From: Octopus sinensis
Taxonomy: Eukaryota
Length of the DNA stretch: 64,000 bases
Assembly (NCBI RefSeq): GCF_006345805.1
Contig: NW_021834783.1
Span: 4,484-68,483, forward strand
Direction of reading: 5' to 3'
The translations under genes and the position numbers were made by a program. Shown one piece after another: positions 34,867 to 48,900 of this stretch (the first letter of the stretch is position 1; each line of letters starts with the position of its first letter). The notes beneath the pieces are model-generated. The model was not told where the DNA came from. It made no database searches and was given only the letters and a program-made list of their open reading frames with translations.

Positions 34867-35589
34867 GTAGGTTCTAGTTTATTCACTATCCTCGCTTTTC
34901 CTAGTCCTTAATTCAAACTGATCTTTAAGCTGCTCTTACATTTACAGTCCTAAAATATAAAAAAGAAAGGTCCCTTAAATACTGATGTCTATTTCGTTGT
35001 TGCCCAGTTCCCTAGAAAATGAGATTTCGCTTAATTAGCTTCATTTATTAGTTTTTCAAGGCAAATACTTTAATGTAACACACACACGTGTAATAAAACT
35101 GTATTAAAAGACTGGTTCTTGAATTTAGTGCCATAAAATTGAGGATATTCATTTTATTAGTTTAAATATTCGCCTTGATAGGCGTGTTTCCCGGAATAGT
35201 CTTTCACTATCTCGTGGACACGGAATTGCGTGGTTGTTCACTTTTCTTGAAGCATTTTTTTGTCAAAAAAAAGTAGGAAAACAAAAAACAAGCTGGAATG
35301 TCTTTGATTATAGGTCTGCTCAGATAGGGAGGATAAAGACAAAAAAAAAAAATCTTTTTACACCCTTATTCAAATTCCGAAACTCTCTGCGACGGACTTT
35401 CGGAAACGGCTATCACTGCCACTTGGGAAAGGGAAAGTAATGTGTGTGGTTGCTTTCTTCTGTTAAAGAATTACTTTGGTATCCCCAAAGTTTCATTTTT
35501 AACATTTTTGCCCCTAACTTCACGCTCTCTTGCTGCCGACTCATCAGACGAGTGTAACAATAAAAAAAGAAAGAAGAAAACCCCAAAGG

Positions 35590-36006
35590 CGATCTTTCGT
35601 CTCTAGTAGACCTTTCCGTCGATTTCCGTAAAAAAATTTTTTTCTTTTACATATGGGCTTGCGGTAACTTTTGAAGTAATATACATACATATACACATAC
35701 ACCGAGTAAAAAATTTCAGTTATCTCTCTCTTTCACACATTACTCTGTCTCTTCACACACACTAACAGAAGCACTTCACTTACACAACATACTGTCTGTC
35801 TCCCCACCCCCTCAACACACACACCACACACATGTACATCAATGCTTCACATGCACGGTAACTTCAAAAGAACTTCCCTCGTCATACAATCGCTTTCTCT
35901 TAGTCTCTTTCGCTCTCATTACTTCAAAGTTCCCGCAAGCCATATGTAAAAAGAAAAAATTTGTTTACGGAAATCGACGGAAAGGTCTGCTAGAGACGAA
36001 AGATTG
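35590..36006. mobile_element. Foldback/MITE with approx. 90-bp TIRs
   Basis: CGATCTTTCGTCTCTAGTAGACCTTTCCGTCGATTTCCGTAA versus its reverse complement at about 35917-36006. Confidence 0.7.
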
Positions 36007-36157
36007 TCACCCCAAATATTTGAAAAAGTTTGCGAACTGTTAAGAATTTCCAACTTAACTACGCTGTGTTATATTATATCCTTTTATCCGTTAGTAAATG
36101 AAGTTAGGAATGATTTAACCTAACATGATGGAGGGCGAAGTTTCGTATGTCGTAGAT

Positions 36158-36945
36158 CAGATTTCCGTCGATTTCCGTAAAACTTTATTTTTTACATAGT
36201 AATGAGAGCGAAAGAGACTAAGAGGAAGCGATTTTACGACGAGAAGGTTCACTTTGAAATCGCCTGTGTGCGTTTGATGGGGTGTGGGAGACAGACAGTA
36301 TGTTGTTGTAAGTGAAGTGCTTCTGTTAGTGTGTGCGAAGAGACGAGAGAGTAATGTTGAAAGAGAGAGATAACTGATTTTTTTACTCGGTGTATGTGTA
36401 TATGTATGTATGCATGTATGTGTGTGTGTGTGTGTATGTATCTATGTATGTGTGTGTGTTTATGTATGTATGTATGTATGTATGGCGGCATAGACTTTTC
36501 ACACAGAACATTACCAATCGGATTTTGTCACTTTTCCTTACACATTTTGTACTGTTCGTTCCTTTTGCGCACAACACAATGTTACACATGCATATATATG
36601 CATGCTTGCACCCAGTTTCTGTGCACCTCTATAGACTATTAACTTTTTTTTTCCTTTGAATGCAACTCTTTCTCATGAGAAGAATATCTCCTCATTTTAT
36701 AACTCCCCATCTTTTCTTACCATTTCACCATCGTCACATCACAGAGACATTAAGGCTGCACAGTAGCAGTCGACAAGGCATGTATAACGATTAAATAAAA
36801 AAATTTTGTCTATATCTTCGATCACTGTCATTATTCCATTGAGTCACCTCATTATTTTCTACATAGCAGACTGTTACATAAACAGGCGCCGCAAGGTAAT
36901 CTTTCGTTTTAATTCGAAATAATTAAACACTGAATCGGCATACAT

Positions 36946-36979
<34 letters not shown>

Positions 36980-37373
36980 GTACTTACACACACACACATA
37001 CATGCAGACATACATATTCACATACACCGTAAAAAATACGATGAATCGGCCATACATACATACATACATACATAAACACACACACATACATAGATACATA
37101 CACCACACATACATGCATACATACATATACACATACACCGAGTAAAAAAATCAGTTATCTCTCTCTTTCACACATTACTCTCTCTGTCTCTTCGCACACA
37201 CTAACAGAAGCAATTCACTTACACAACATACTGTCTGTCTCCACACCCCCTCAAACGCACACAGGCGATTTCAAAGTGAAACCTTCTCGTCGTAAAATCG
37301 CTTCCTCTTAGTCTCTTTCGCTCTCATTACTTATGTAAAAAATAAAAGTTTTTTACGAAATCGACGAAATCTG
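36158..37373. mobile_element. Foldback element with over 230-bp near-identical inverted arms plus microsatellites
   Basis: 36158-36400 is the reverse complement of 37130-37373; related to the interior of 35590-36006. Confidence 0.75.
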
Positions 37374-38350
37374 TGCTACTACACGAACTATGCCTGATGG
37401 AGTTTTGGGGTGGAGATTGATTTATTTTGAGAAAGTAAAACAATAATAAAAAACTTATTTAAAATTTACTTCTTGAAATGGTCAAACTAAAGCGTTTGAC
37501 CCGGTCATAAAAACATTAAAAAATATAGTGTAATAGGTGTAAAACAACTTGCTCTAAACGAAGATGACAAAAAAAAATGCGCGCTTGCGAAAAGGGGGTG
37601 GGGGAGAGGACTCGGAATATTCACATCGTGAATGTTCCGGGTCTGATCCGGACACAAAAACAAAAAAAAATTCACATCTTCAGTCCATGGCCTTTAAATT
37701 ATAGTGTATGACCCGGGCCAGAATAAAATAGTGTAATTGGTGTAAAACTACTTGTTCTAAACGATTATCAAGAACACACACACACACAAAGAGAAATGGT
37801 TGGTTCAAGGCAAGTGTGCATTGAACTGAATTTAAATAAGCAAGAAAGATATTATCAAAGAAAAGGCCATAGCACCATCTTTAGTATCTGTTGTTATTAT
37901 TATTGTGGAGTTGAATGTGTGTGTGTGTGGTGAAGTTATCAATATCAATAGATTAACCAACACCATTGAAGTGAAATAATAGTTTCTATACTTTTTGGTT
38001 TGGCGCTGCTGAACTGAGTCAAAGACTTTGTAATACAAGTCAGAAGAAAACAAGAAAAAGAAAGAAAAATGCGATAGCCATAACAGTAAAGAATTAAGAC
38101 CTTCCCCCCCCCCCCAAACAGTAACCCTTGTGTTTAAAATCTCCCTAACAAAAAGAAGAGACGTTGTTTGGCTATGGACTACATTGGTCTTTCCATGTTG
38201 TGCTTTAGCCACAATTTACACTTTTTTTATTACTTTTGTGCCCAGGGTCAGAATATTCCAGCCTTACAATGGATTTAGAAGAGCTAGCAAAACCTCTGAG
38301 TAGCTCCTGCAGTCTCAGCATAGGGAAAAGCATCTCTGATGTTTATTTCA

Positions 38351-38419
<69 letters not shown>

Positions 38420-38822
38420 TCTTTTACTCTTTTTCTTGTTTCAGTCATTTGACTGTGGCCATGCTGGCGCACTGCCTTTAGTCGAGCAAATCGACCCCAG
38501 GACTTATTGTTTGTGAGCCCAGTACTTATTCTATCGGTCTCTTTTGCCGAACCGCTAAGTGACGGCGACGTAAACACACCAGCATCGGTTGTCAAGCAAT
38601 GCTAGGGGGACAAACACAGACACACAAACATACACACACACACATATATATATATACATATATACGACAGGCTTCTTTCAGTTTCCGTCTACCAAATCCA
38701 CTCACAAGGCTTTGGTCGGCCCGAGGCTATAGTAGAAGACACTTGCCCAACATGCCATGCAGTGGGACTGAACCCGGAACCATGTGGTTGGTTAGCAAGC
38801 TACTTACCACACAGCCACTCCT
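38420..38822 (-). mobile_element. SINE family 2
   Basis: Full-length match, preceded by a (TA)n run at about 38353-38419. Confidence 0.8.
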
Positions 38823-38827
38823 ATGTA

Positions 38828-39207
38828 CACTTGCGTCAGAAATTAATTAGCACTTCTCAAATTTCTACATTAAATAGGTTAAATCAATTAACCTATGAGC
38901 TGTTCAAAACGTCTTACGCGATGAGAAAACTTAGTATGGTGTGATTTCGGTCCTTGCGAGGCGCTACCTATATCTATTAAACAAAGGAAGATTTGTCTGC
39001 ATCCACACTCCAAGTTGTTGTTGCACTGCTATGTCAACATCATAAGGCTGTAGACTCTCAAACTGCTCTGCAAACAAAGTTACGTCATCGTTCTGCGCAA
39101 CAGTGAACTCGCAACAAAGCAATAGTTCGAGATATGGCCACTAGGTGACAGCACATACCTTGAGTGAAGAGCAAATCAAGGGTGCTAATTAATTTCTGAC
39201 GGTAGTG
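38828..39207. mobile_element. Tc1-type MITE
   Basis: TA TSD; TIRs CACTTGCGTCAGAAATTAATTAGCAC / GTGCTAATTAATTTCTGACGGTAGTG. Confidence 0.75.
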
Positions 39208-39804
39208 TATATATATATAAAATAGATGATATAAATGATGGTTGGTTGATTAATTTTTCCAATCATACTTTGTGTAGAGAGGTGACAGAAAAGGTAACAA
39301 CAGGTACAGAGTGAGACAGTACCTTGGAGCCAGGCAGTAAGTAATGGTACACAATACAGAGGATGAGGAAGAGAGTAAATGACAGTTAGGGGAAGAGTGA
39401 TACAAAACCTCTTTTAAAGTGTACATATATAAATTAAAATCTTCCATCATAATTCTATAGAAAGATCTCGGTCTCAATTAAGTTACAAACATCAACTACA
39501 TGACGAAATGAAATTCTTGATTATTTCTTAATTGAAACATGTAGGTAGCATAATTAGTCACAAATATGATAATGAAAGGATTAAAGTTACGTATTTCTTT
39601 TACAAATTTATTTAAATTCTGGGAAAACATTGAGAATGATTTCAATATATCCATTAAAATTTGGGATTTCTGACTGCAGAAACTACTTTAAAGGCTCTGA
39701 TTCATTTTTATTTTTCTTAGCAACAAAACTGTCAAAGTCTTTAATAATGGAATTCTTTTTTTATCCATGTTTCTGTAGCTACCAACACATTCTGACTTTA
39801 GAGA

Positions 39805-39900
39805 ATGACATCCAGTGCTGCTTCTCCAAATATTCATACTCCTCCTAACCAATATCTACCCGGTTATCTCTTGGGAGACGTTACACCACATGGCAGAACG
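39805..39900 (+). CDS. NUP35: NUP35 coding exon 1
   Basis: [32 protein letters not shown]; in-frame TAG at 39799; donor ACG/gtgaga; the exact start is uncertain. Confidence 0.82.
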
Positions 39901-42900
39901 GTGAGATTTTTTTTCTTTTTTTTAGCCATCAACAAATGCCAATCTTATAATAGGATCCATTTATCAAAATCAAAATCTCATTCGATGACTGGCATCCGTA
40001 CTAGCAGGTTGCAAAGAGCACCATACGAGCGTGATCATTGACAGAGCGGCTAACCGGCTGTCTTGCCAGTGGCACATAAAAGGCACCATTTGAGTGTGAG
40101 CGTTACCAGCGTCGCCTTACTGGCACTTGTTCCCCTGCTAGTAGGGTGTTCTCGAAGTTAAAGTTAGGCCATGGGTTTCCCAGATTGTCTCCGTCAACCG
40201 AGGATAGATCCTGGACCTGATTATCATCATCATCATGGTTTAACATCCGCTTTCCATGCTAGCATGGGTTGGACGATTGACTGAGAGCTGGCAAACCAGA
40301 TGGCTGCACCAGGCTTCAAGCTTGATCTGGCAGAGTTTCTACTACTGGATGCCCTTCCTAATGCCAACCACTCTGAGAGTGTAGTGGGTGCTTTTACGTG
40401 CCACCGGCACGGAAGCCAGTTAGCCACTCTGGCAATGATCATGCTCGGATGGTTCTCTTAACATCCTACTAGCATATAAGGACTGGTGCAAATTTGGGCC
40501 TCCTATAGGCCAATTTTTGTCCCTAGCACTCTTTTCCTGAACAGCACTGCTGAAATTTCATTGCATCTTTGTATGCCATCAAATGCAGTATTTCTTTTTT
40601 CCTGTGGATTTGAGGACTTTTGCTGATGTAAGAAAAAATTGTAGTTTATTGTTGTTGTAAACTTGACAGTAACATTTATTAATTTTTTTATCCTTTAGCA
40701 AACTCCACTCCGTTGGCCTTCAGGTCATGCTCAGACCACACCCATCTCTGCCAGACGTCAACAAGGAACCAAAGTATCCCCAGCATCCAGTATGGTAACG
40801 ACCCCACCATCAAGGTGAGTGTTTCAGTTATTTGAAATTTTTTACTTATTGGATTATGAGATGAATTTGCAAGAAAGTTTGAAGTTGTTTAGAAGGCAAC
40901 TAGAATTAACCCTTTTAGCACCAACTTCATTCTACAGTATAAACTTCATGTTTTAGAGTGCATTTAAACCAGCCTTATCTGGCCCAAATATTCAGTGCTA
41001 GTATAGGATGCAGTCTAACACTTTGTCAAACAGTATAGCCAGGGTTATCTACCTTAATCGTTCAGTTAATAAAGGAAACCAATTTTCCCATGATACGGAC
41101 ATTAACAACAGATTAAACTGAAGTTGAGCCAGAGTGAGATTTTAGAACTTACTGGCACTTGTGCCCGTGCTAGTAGGGTGCCAAGAGCACCATCCGAGCG
41201 TGATCGTTGCTATTGCCAGAGCAGCCATCCGGCTTCCGTGCCGGTGGCACGTAAGAGAGCACCATTCGACCGCGATCATTACCAACGTCGCCTTACTGGC
41301 ACCTGTACCGGTGGCATGTGTAAAAAGATTTGTGCAAGGTCATTGCCAGTACCGCCTGACTGGCCCCCATGCCTGTGGCACATAAAAAGCACCCACTACA
41401 CTCTCAGAGTGGTTGGCATTAGGAAGGGTATCCAGCTGTAGAAATTCTGCCAGATCAAGATTGGAGCTTGGTGCAGCCATCTGGTTCGCCAGTCCTCAGT
41501 CAATATCGTCGAACCCATGCTAGCATGGAAAGCGGACGTTAAACGATGATGATGATTTTTCTTTGTCATGGATATACCCATGACCACAGCAGTGACTCTA
41601 ACAAGAAAATCTAAAAATACAATAACTGACTGGTATAATATGTGTCGCAAGGTGCGTGGAGCCATAGTTAATCATGAACGGTGAGGGAAGATGGTTGGAA
41701 CAAACGATAACCCCATTGAGATCGATGAAGCAAAATTTGCTGGTCGACGAAAATGCAATCGTGGAAGAAAACTGGATGGTGACAACGCTCCTCTCTTAAT
41801 GACAGTGATGCAGAACAACAGGAACCATGGATGTAGAATTGATAGGCTGTGGGTCTCAAACAATGCTCAGACTGTTGATACTTTTGTGTGGAATGGTGTG
41901 ACGGGAACACTCTGATCCCAATTATTGAAAGTGAATGTGAAAAAGATGATTGGTCCACTTATAATAATTTAAATGCCATAGTTTATCACCATCTTACAGT
42001 GAACCATCAATGACATTTATGGATCCAGTGAGTGGAGCACACACTCAGGCCATTGAGTGATCTTGGTTAAATGCTAAAACCATGATTCTGAAATATTTGA
42101 AGTTTTTTAATTGCTGAAATCTCTGGAAAAATCTGAGAGATCAGGTAGACAACCCTGTTTGACACCATGTTAGACTGTGTACTAGACTAGCACCAAATAT
42201 TCTTGTTTTATCCTCAAACTGGCCGGATCTAGCTTCATCATCATCATCATCGTTTAACGTCCGTTTTCCGCGCTAGCACGGGTTGGATGGTTAGACCGGG
42301 GTCTGGGAAGCCAGGGGCTGCTCCAGGCTCCAGTCTGATCTGGCAGAGTTTCTACGGCTGGATGCCCTTCCTAACGCCAACCACTCCGCGAGTGTAGTGG
42401 GTGCTTTTTACGTGCCATCGGCCACGTTCAGATGGTGCTTTTTATGTGCCACCGGCACGGTGCTGGCATCAGCCACGTTTGGATGGTGCTTTTTATGTAC
42501 CACCGGCCCAGAAGCCAGTCGGTGCGGCGCTGGCATCGGCCACATTCGGATGGTGCTTTTTATGTGCCACCGGCACAGAAGCCAGTCGAGTCGGCGCTGG
42601 CTACGGCCACGTTCGGATGGTGCTTAGCCTGCAGTATTATTTTAGAAATAAACACACATCATTGAAATTCCAAAGCTACAAGACAATAGATGTCCAATTC
42701 CAATTGATGTGAATAAATGTACCAGCGTCGCTGGTGGCACGTAAAAAGCACCCACTACACTCTCAGAGTGGTTGACGTTAGGAAGGGCACCAGCACCAAT
42801 AGAGTCACTAAGCAACTTGCAAGAAGAGATCTCTCAGCTGAGTGGGTAGAGCAGTAATATATAATAGATATGTTAATAGTATATTATAGATCAGCACTTC

Positions 42901-45900
42901 ATAAATTATGGGTTGTGACCCCAAATGGGATTGCGAAAGTTAAATTCAAACACTTGAATTTCTGACACTTGGTCATTGCCAGTACCGCCTGACTGGTCCC
43001 TGTGCTGGTGGCACATAAAAAGCACCCACTACACTCTTGGAGTGGTTGGCGTTAGGAAGGGCATCCAGCTGTAGAAACTCTGCCAGATCAAGATTGGAGC
43101 CTGGTGCAGCCATCTGGTTCGCCAGTCCTCAGTCAAAATCGTCCAAGCCATGCTAGCATGGAAAGCGGACGTTAAACAATGATGATGACGACACATGACA
43201 GAGTGATCTGAATGCTAAATGGTTGAACTGGTAAAGATGACAGGGTTGTGTACCTCTTGAGCTTTTGCAAATAAGTGGTTTCAGGGAACATGTATGCAGG
43301 GAGGAATTCTTGAGAGCCAACAGTCGAGGAAGGAAGGTCTAAATATAGGGGTTACAGTGGCACCTGGAGTTGGTGGGTATGGGTGACAGGAGGAGATGAA
43401 TTACAGTGTCCCCTGAAGGAGGAGCTGAATGAATCAGCACAACCCAGGCAGAGATGGCAGGTGACCATCCATATCTGGAGGGCATCTGACCGTGTAATGG
43501 TGGTGGTCATGGTTGAAAGGCCTGGGAGAGGAGACAGATGCCTGTTGGACTGAAGTTGGAGTGTGGTGATGAGTGACTTAATACCTATTTCTTTATTACC
43601 CACAAGGGGCTAAACACAGAGGGGACAAACAAGGACAGACATAGGTATTAAGTCGATTACATCGACCCCAGTGCATAACTGGTACTTAATTTATCGACCC
43701 CAAAAGGATGAAAGGCAAAGTCGACCTCGGCGGAATTTGAACTCACAACGTAACTTAATACCATTCAATCTGGGTTTTCTGTGTGTGTGCTCGGTCTAAG
43801 AATTTCATACTTTATTAGATATGAAGTGAAATTAGATCCAACCGTATGGCCTTGGGTTCAATCCCACTTCACAGCACTTTGAGCAAATGTTTTCTATTAA
43901 AGCCTTGCTTTGACCAAAGCCTTATGAGTGGATTTGGTAGGTGGAAACTAAGCGAAACCCATTTTATATGTATTTGTCTCCCCCTATAGTTTGATGACCA
44001 GTGATTATTTGTTTACATCCCTGTAACTTAGCAGTTCAGTTAAAAGAGACAGAATAAGTACTGGGGTTGATTTGTTCAACTAAATCCATCAAGGAGTGTC
44101 CCAGCATGAGTGCAATCCAATGACAGACCCTCACCCAAAATTGCTGGCCTTGTGCTAAAATTTGAAACTATTAATTAAGCTGTTGTTTGGAACATAAATT
44201 GACATGGAATTTTGATGGAAGATTTTGAGATCACTGCCAACAGTTTGTCTCCTGGAACCAGGGTCAGTTTTGGATGAATTTGTATCGAAAGAGTTAATCA
44301 CCCGTCTGTTATTGTTTCTACCATTGCTGAAAGTAAAATTAATATTTTTCAGAAGCGAGATTCTTCGCAGTAAAGATCGGAGTGCTGCACCGCCTGTCCA
44401 GAGTTTATTCGAATCTCCAATGTCTTCATCAATGGTAGAGACTTCTTTCCGCCAAGTAAGTTAAGCTTGATTCTCATTAAACAAAATACGATGAAAGTAA
44501 CTTTGTTTGTCTTAATTTGTTTATTGTATTTGATAACATAAAAAACACGTATGCATATTAGATATGCCCCAGTTTTAGCAGCATATGTTCACGGAGGAAA
44601 ATGGTTGTAGTGCATTACATTAAAGCAGTGACCCCCCCAACCAGGAGTCCACGGACCCCTAGTGGTCCACAAAGGTAGTACAGGGGGTCCATGAACTAAA
44701 TTCAAAATTTCATATATACATATGTATGAGAGGGTTTGGTGTCTGGAAGACCCAAAAGGCAGGTAAGGCTATGTAAGTACTACAGAAGGACTGCTGTTAG
44801 ACTCCTGGTTCAATAATAGTATGAGTGAAGAGTCTAACGCAAGTCGTGTGTGAACGTGTATATGGTAAATAAAATGAGACAACAAAGCCAAGCCAGTGTG
44901 AAATTTCTAGGACGTTTATAAAGAGAAAGGTAGTCTTAACAGCTGTTTCAGGGATATAAAAGCTATATATAGAGACAATACGAGAGAGTTAAATAGAAGG
45001 AAATAGTAGAGTTCAATATAAGTTATTTTGGAAAGGGAGAGATGTAGGAAGTATAAAGCTAAATATGAGAATAAAAATAAATTGTATGTATTATATATTT
45101 TTATTCTTATCCTCATACTTCCCTTTGTACTTATATCTCTCTCTTTCCAAAATAACTTCCTATATTGAACTCAACTATTTCCTTCTAGTTAACTTTCTCA
45201 TATCATCTCTAATGATGAGATATCTTTTATTTCCCTGAAACAGCTGTTAAGACTACTTTACTCTTTATAAAATGTCCTAGAAATTTCACATTGCCTTGGC
45301 TTTGTTGTTTCATTTTATCTAACACACACACACACACTTCAAAAAGAATTTAGTAAAATATTTTTGTTATTATTAAGCTGATGTTTAAAATATAAATTAA
45401 CGTGAAATTTTGATTAACGGTTTTAATTTAAATCACTTGAAAATAGGAAGTTTGTATCTTAGAATCAGAAGCGGTCTTGGACAGGTTGCTTTCAAAAGAA
45501 TCAAACGGCTAATTTCTAATCTCACTTATTTTATTTCTCCTGTTGACATTACTTTCACATTTTCACATTTTTGTAGACTCCTTACTCCTCCTTCACTCAA
45601 CAACACACATCCCCAGCTGTATCGCGGCCCATCTCTGAACCTGAAATGATGCAAATTGGTAAGAGCAAATTTAATTATTCACAATTCATTCATGGATGGG
45701 GTTGGTCGGTCTGGGTTATAACTGGAAAAGAAAAAAAAAACACTTCCTTGTATTGTCATGCAATGGGACTGATCTTAAAACCATTTGGTTGCAGAACAAA
45801 CTTTTCACCCGGATCGTAGAGTGACCTGCTGTTCTTGAGAAGACCTATTGAGTCAAGTACGTTAACACCAACATCAAATGAAAATTGAATGGAAATAGTA

Positions 45901-48900
45901 GTTAAGACACCCGTGCCAGTCACATGTTAAAAGAAAAGCACCGTCCGAACGTGGCAGCGCCGCCTGACTGGCGTCCGTGTCGGTGACACGTAAAAGCACC
46001 ATCCGTTCGTGGCCGTTTGCCAGTCTCCTCTGGCGCCTGTGCTGGTGGCATGTAAAAAGCACCCACTACACTCACAGAGTGGTTGGTGTTAGGAAGGGCA
46101 TCCAGCTGTAGAAACACTGCCAGATCAGACTGGGCCTGGTGCAGCCTTCTGGCTTCCCAGACCCGATAGAACCGTCCAACCCATGCTAGCATGGAAAACG
46201 GATGTTAAACGATGATGAAAGGCAATGAATAAATTCTCAGCAAATAACAAAACCAAACAGTCGTTAAGAGAAATGAAAGCAGCTGAACCTGGTTTAGTGT
46301 GAAGGCTGCATGGAACTGCATAACCCCAAGATATGATCATTATAAACAGCGCTGGCCTAACCACTAAGCCCTTATGAGCATGTGCTTAAGGCATCAAGGG
46401 AAGAGGACACCACAGAAATGGTAAGGGGTTTACGGCACAAAAGAAACCCCTTTCGTCATCATTTAACGTCCGCTTAACCGGGGTCTGGGAAGCCAGGAGG
46501 CTGCACCAGGCCTTGTCTGATCTGGCAGTGTTTCTACAGCTGGTGCTCTTCCTAACGCCAACCACTCCATGAGTGTAATGGGTGCTTTTTACATGCTACC
46601 GGCACAGGTGCCAGGCGAGGCTGGCAACGGCCACGGTTGGTGCTTTTTACATGCCACCGGCACAGAGGCTAGTTGAGGCAGCACTGGCATTGGCCACGTT
46701 CGGATGTTTCTTTTACGTGCCACTGGCACTGGTATGACAACTACAGTTTCCATTGACTTTTGATCGATTTCGATTTCACTTGCCTCAACAGGTCTTCGCA
46801 AGCAGAGTTTAGTGTCCCAAGAAGGAAAGGTGTGCATAAGTGGACTGGCTACATCCCAGGTAAAGGCCACGGGTTATGGTCTCACTTGTCCTGTTGCTAA
46901 AATAATGTTCTTGATGCCTTATCTTTATTAAGTATAGAAGCAGGTGTGTTACGCAAGAGTAATTTTGAGGATCTGATCAAAGACTTTCCAATTAAAAAAG
47001 AATAGAAAACTTTTCAAATTTTGAATTCCATTTATATGTGGGGGCAGCAAATTCTTTTAAGTGCTTGGGGCCTTTATGGGTCTTAATCTGGCCCTGATTA
47101 TAAGACATAAAATGATTGTTTTACTTTTATATTTCCAGGTGGATCATCACCATTATCGAATACAAGCCCACTAAATGTCTCTAATATTAATCAAAGTTTC
47201 CAGCAGGTCTCCAAAATACACACATCTCCAACACAAATGGATCCCTTTTATACTCAAGGGTATGTATTTAATTTCTACAAACATGTTAAGGGGGTGGGGG
47301 TCTTGTCCTGCAGATACCTGGTGACTTCACTAATGCTGGTGCTGTGGATAAAAGCACCAAGTACACTCTGTGAAGTAGCTGGCATGAAAAAGGACATCCA
47401 ATGTTGAAACCATGCCAAACAAAAAAATAAAGAACATTGGAGTTCAGTGCAGGCCTCTGGCGCGTCGGTTCCTGTCAAACTGTCCAACCCATGCTAGCAT
47501 GGAAAAAGGGGTTTCAAATGATGATGCCATACACATTTTTCAACACGATGCCAGCGCTGCCTCGACTGGCTTCCATGCCAGTAGCACGTAAAAAGCACCA
47601 ACCGAATCGTGGCCGATGCCAGTGCCACCTCGACTGGCTTCCGTGCCGGTGGCACATAAAATACACTTATCCGATTGTGGCCATTGCCAGCCTCGCCTGG
47701 CACCTGTGCAGGTGGCACGTAAAAAGCACCCACTACACTCACGGAGTGGTTGGCGTTTGGAAGGGCATCCAGCTGTAGAAACATTGCCAGATAAGACTGG
47801 AGACTGGTGCAGCCTTCTGGCTTCCCAGACCCCAGTTGCACTGTCAAACCCATGCCAGTATGGAGAACGGACGTTAAACGATGATGATGATGATGATTCC
47901 TGCACACATGAAAGGTGTTCACTGTGGGATTTTGTCTCAAAAAAATTTATCTCAACAGACTTTGTGTATGGAAATATATCATTCCAAGCTGCAAGTTAAC
48001 TCTTTGGCATTCAGATTACTCTTATTTATTTGCATGGCTTTGAATTAATCCTGCATTATCTCGTGGCCTTCAGATTTCAACGACGAGACTGTTTAGTTTT
48101 AGGATGTCGTTGTTGGATAGATGTGAGGGGCCAGATCTCGCTGGTTTCACAGAGAATATCTGTGCTGGTGGCACGTAAAACGCACCATCCGATCGTGGCC
48201 GTTGCCAGCCTAGCCTGGCACGTAAAAAGCACCCACTACACTCACGGAGTGGTTGGCATTAGGAAAGGCATCCAGCTGTAGAAACATTGCCAGATCAGAC
48301 TGGGCCTGGTGCAGCCTTCTGGCTTCCCAGATCCCCGGTCAAACCACCCAACCTGTGCTAGCAATTAATTAGGAATTAATTTAGTACAAAGTCACAGGTG
48401 TTAAAATCCATTACTTGTGTCGGTTATTAGACTGCGGTCATACCAGGGCACCACCTTGAATTTTTAGTCAAATGATTTGACCCCAGTTTTTATATTCAAA
48501 CCTAGTATTTCTATCGGTCTCTTTTCTTGAACCGCTAAGTTATGGGGACACCAACACTGATTGTCAAGCAGTGGGTACAAACACAGACACAAAGATGCAC
48601 ACACGTAAAAAGCACCCACTACACTCACGGAGTGGTTGGCGTTAGGAAGGGCATCCAGCTGTAGAAACCTTGCCAGATCAGACTGGAGCCTGGTGCAATC
48701 TTCTTGCTTCCCAGATCCCCGGTCGAACCGTCCAACCCATGCTAGTATGGAAAGCGGACGTTAAACGATGATGATGATGATATATGAGCGTGATTGTTAC
48801 CTGCGTCACCTTACTAGCACTTGTGCTGGTGACACATGAAAAAAAACATTGGAGCAGGGTCGTTGCCAGTGCCGCTGGACTGGCTCCTGTACAGGTGGCA

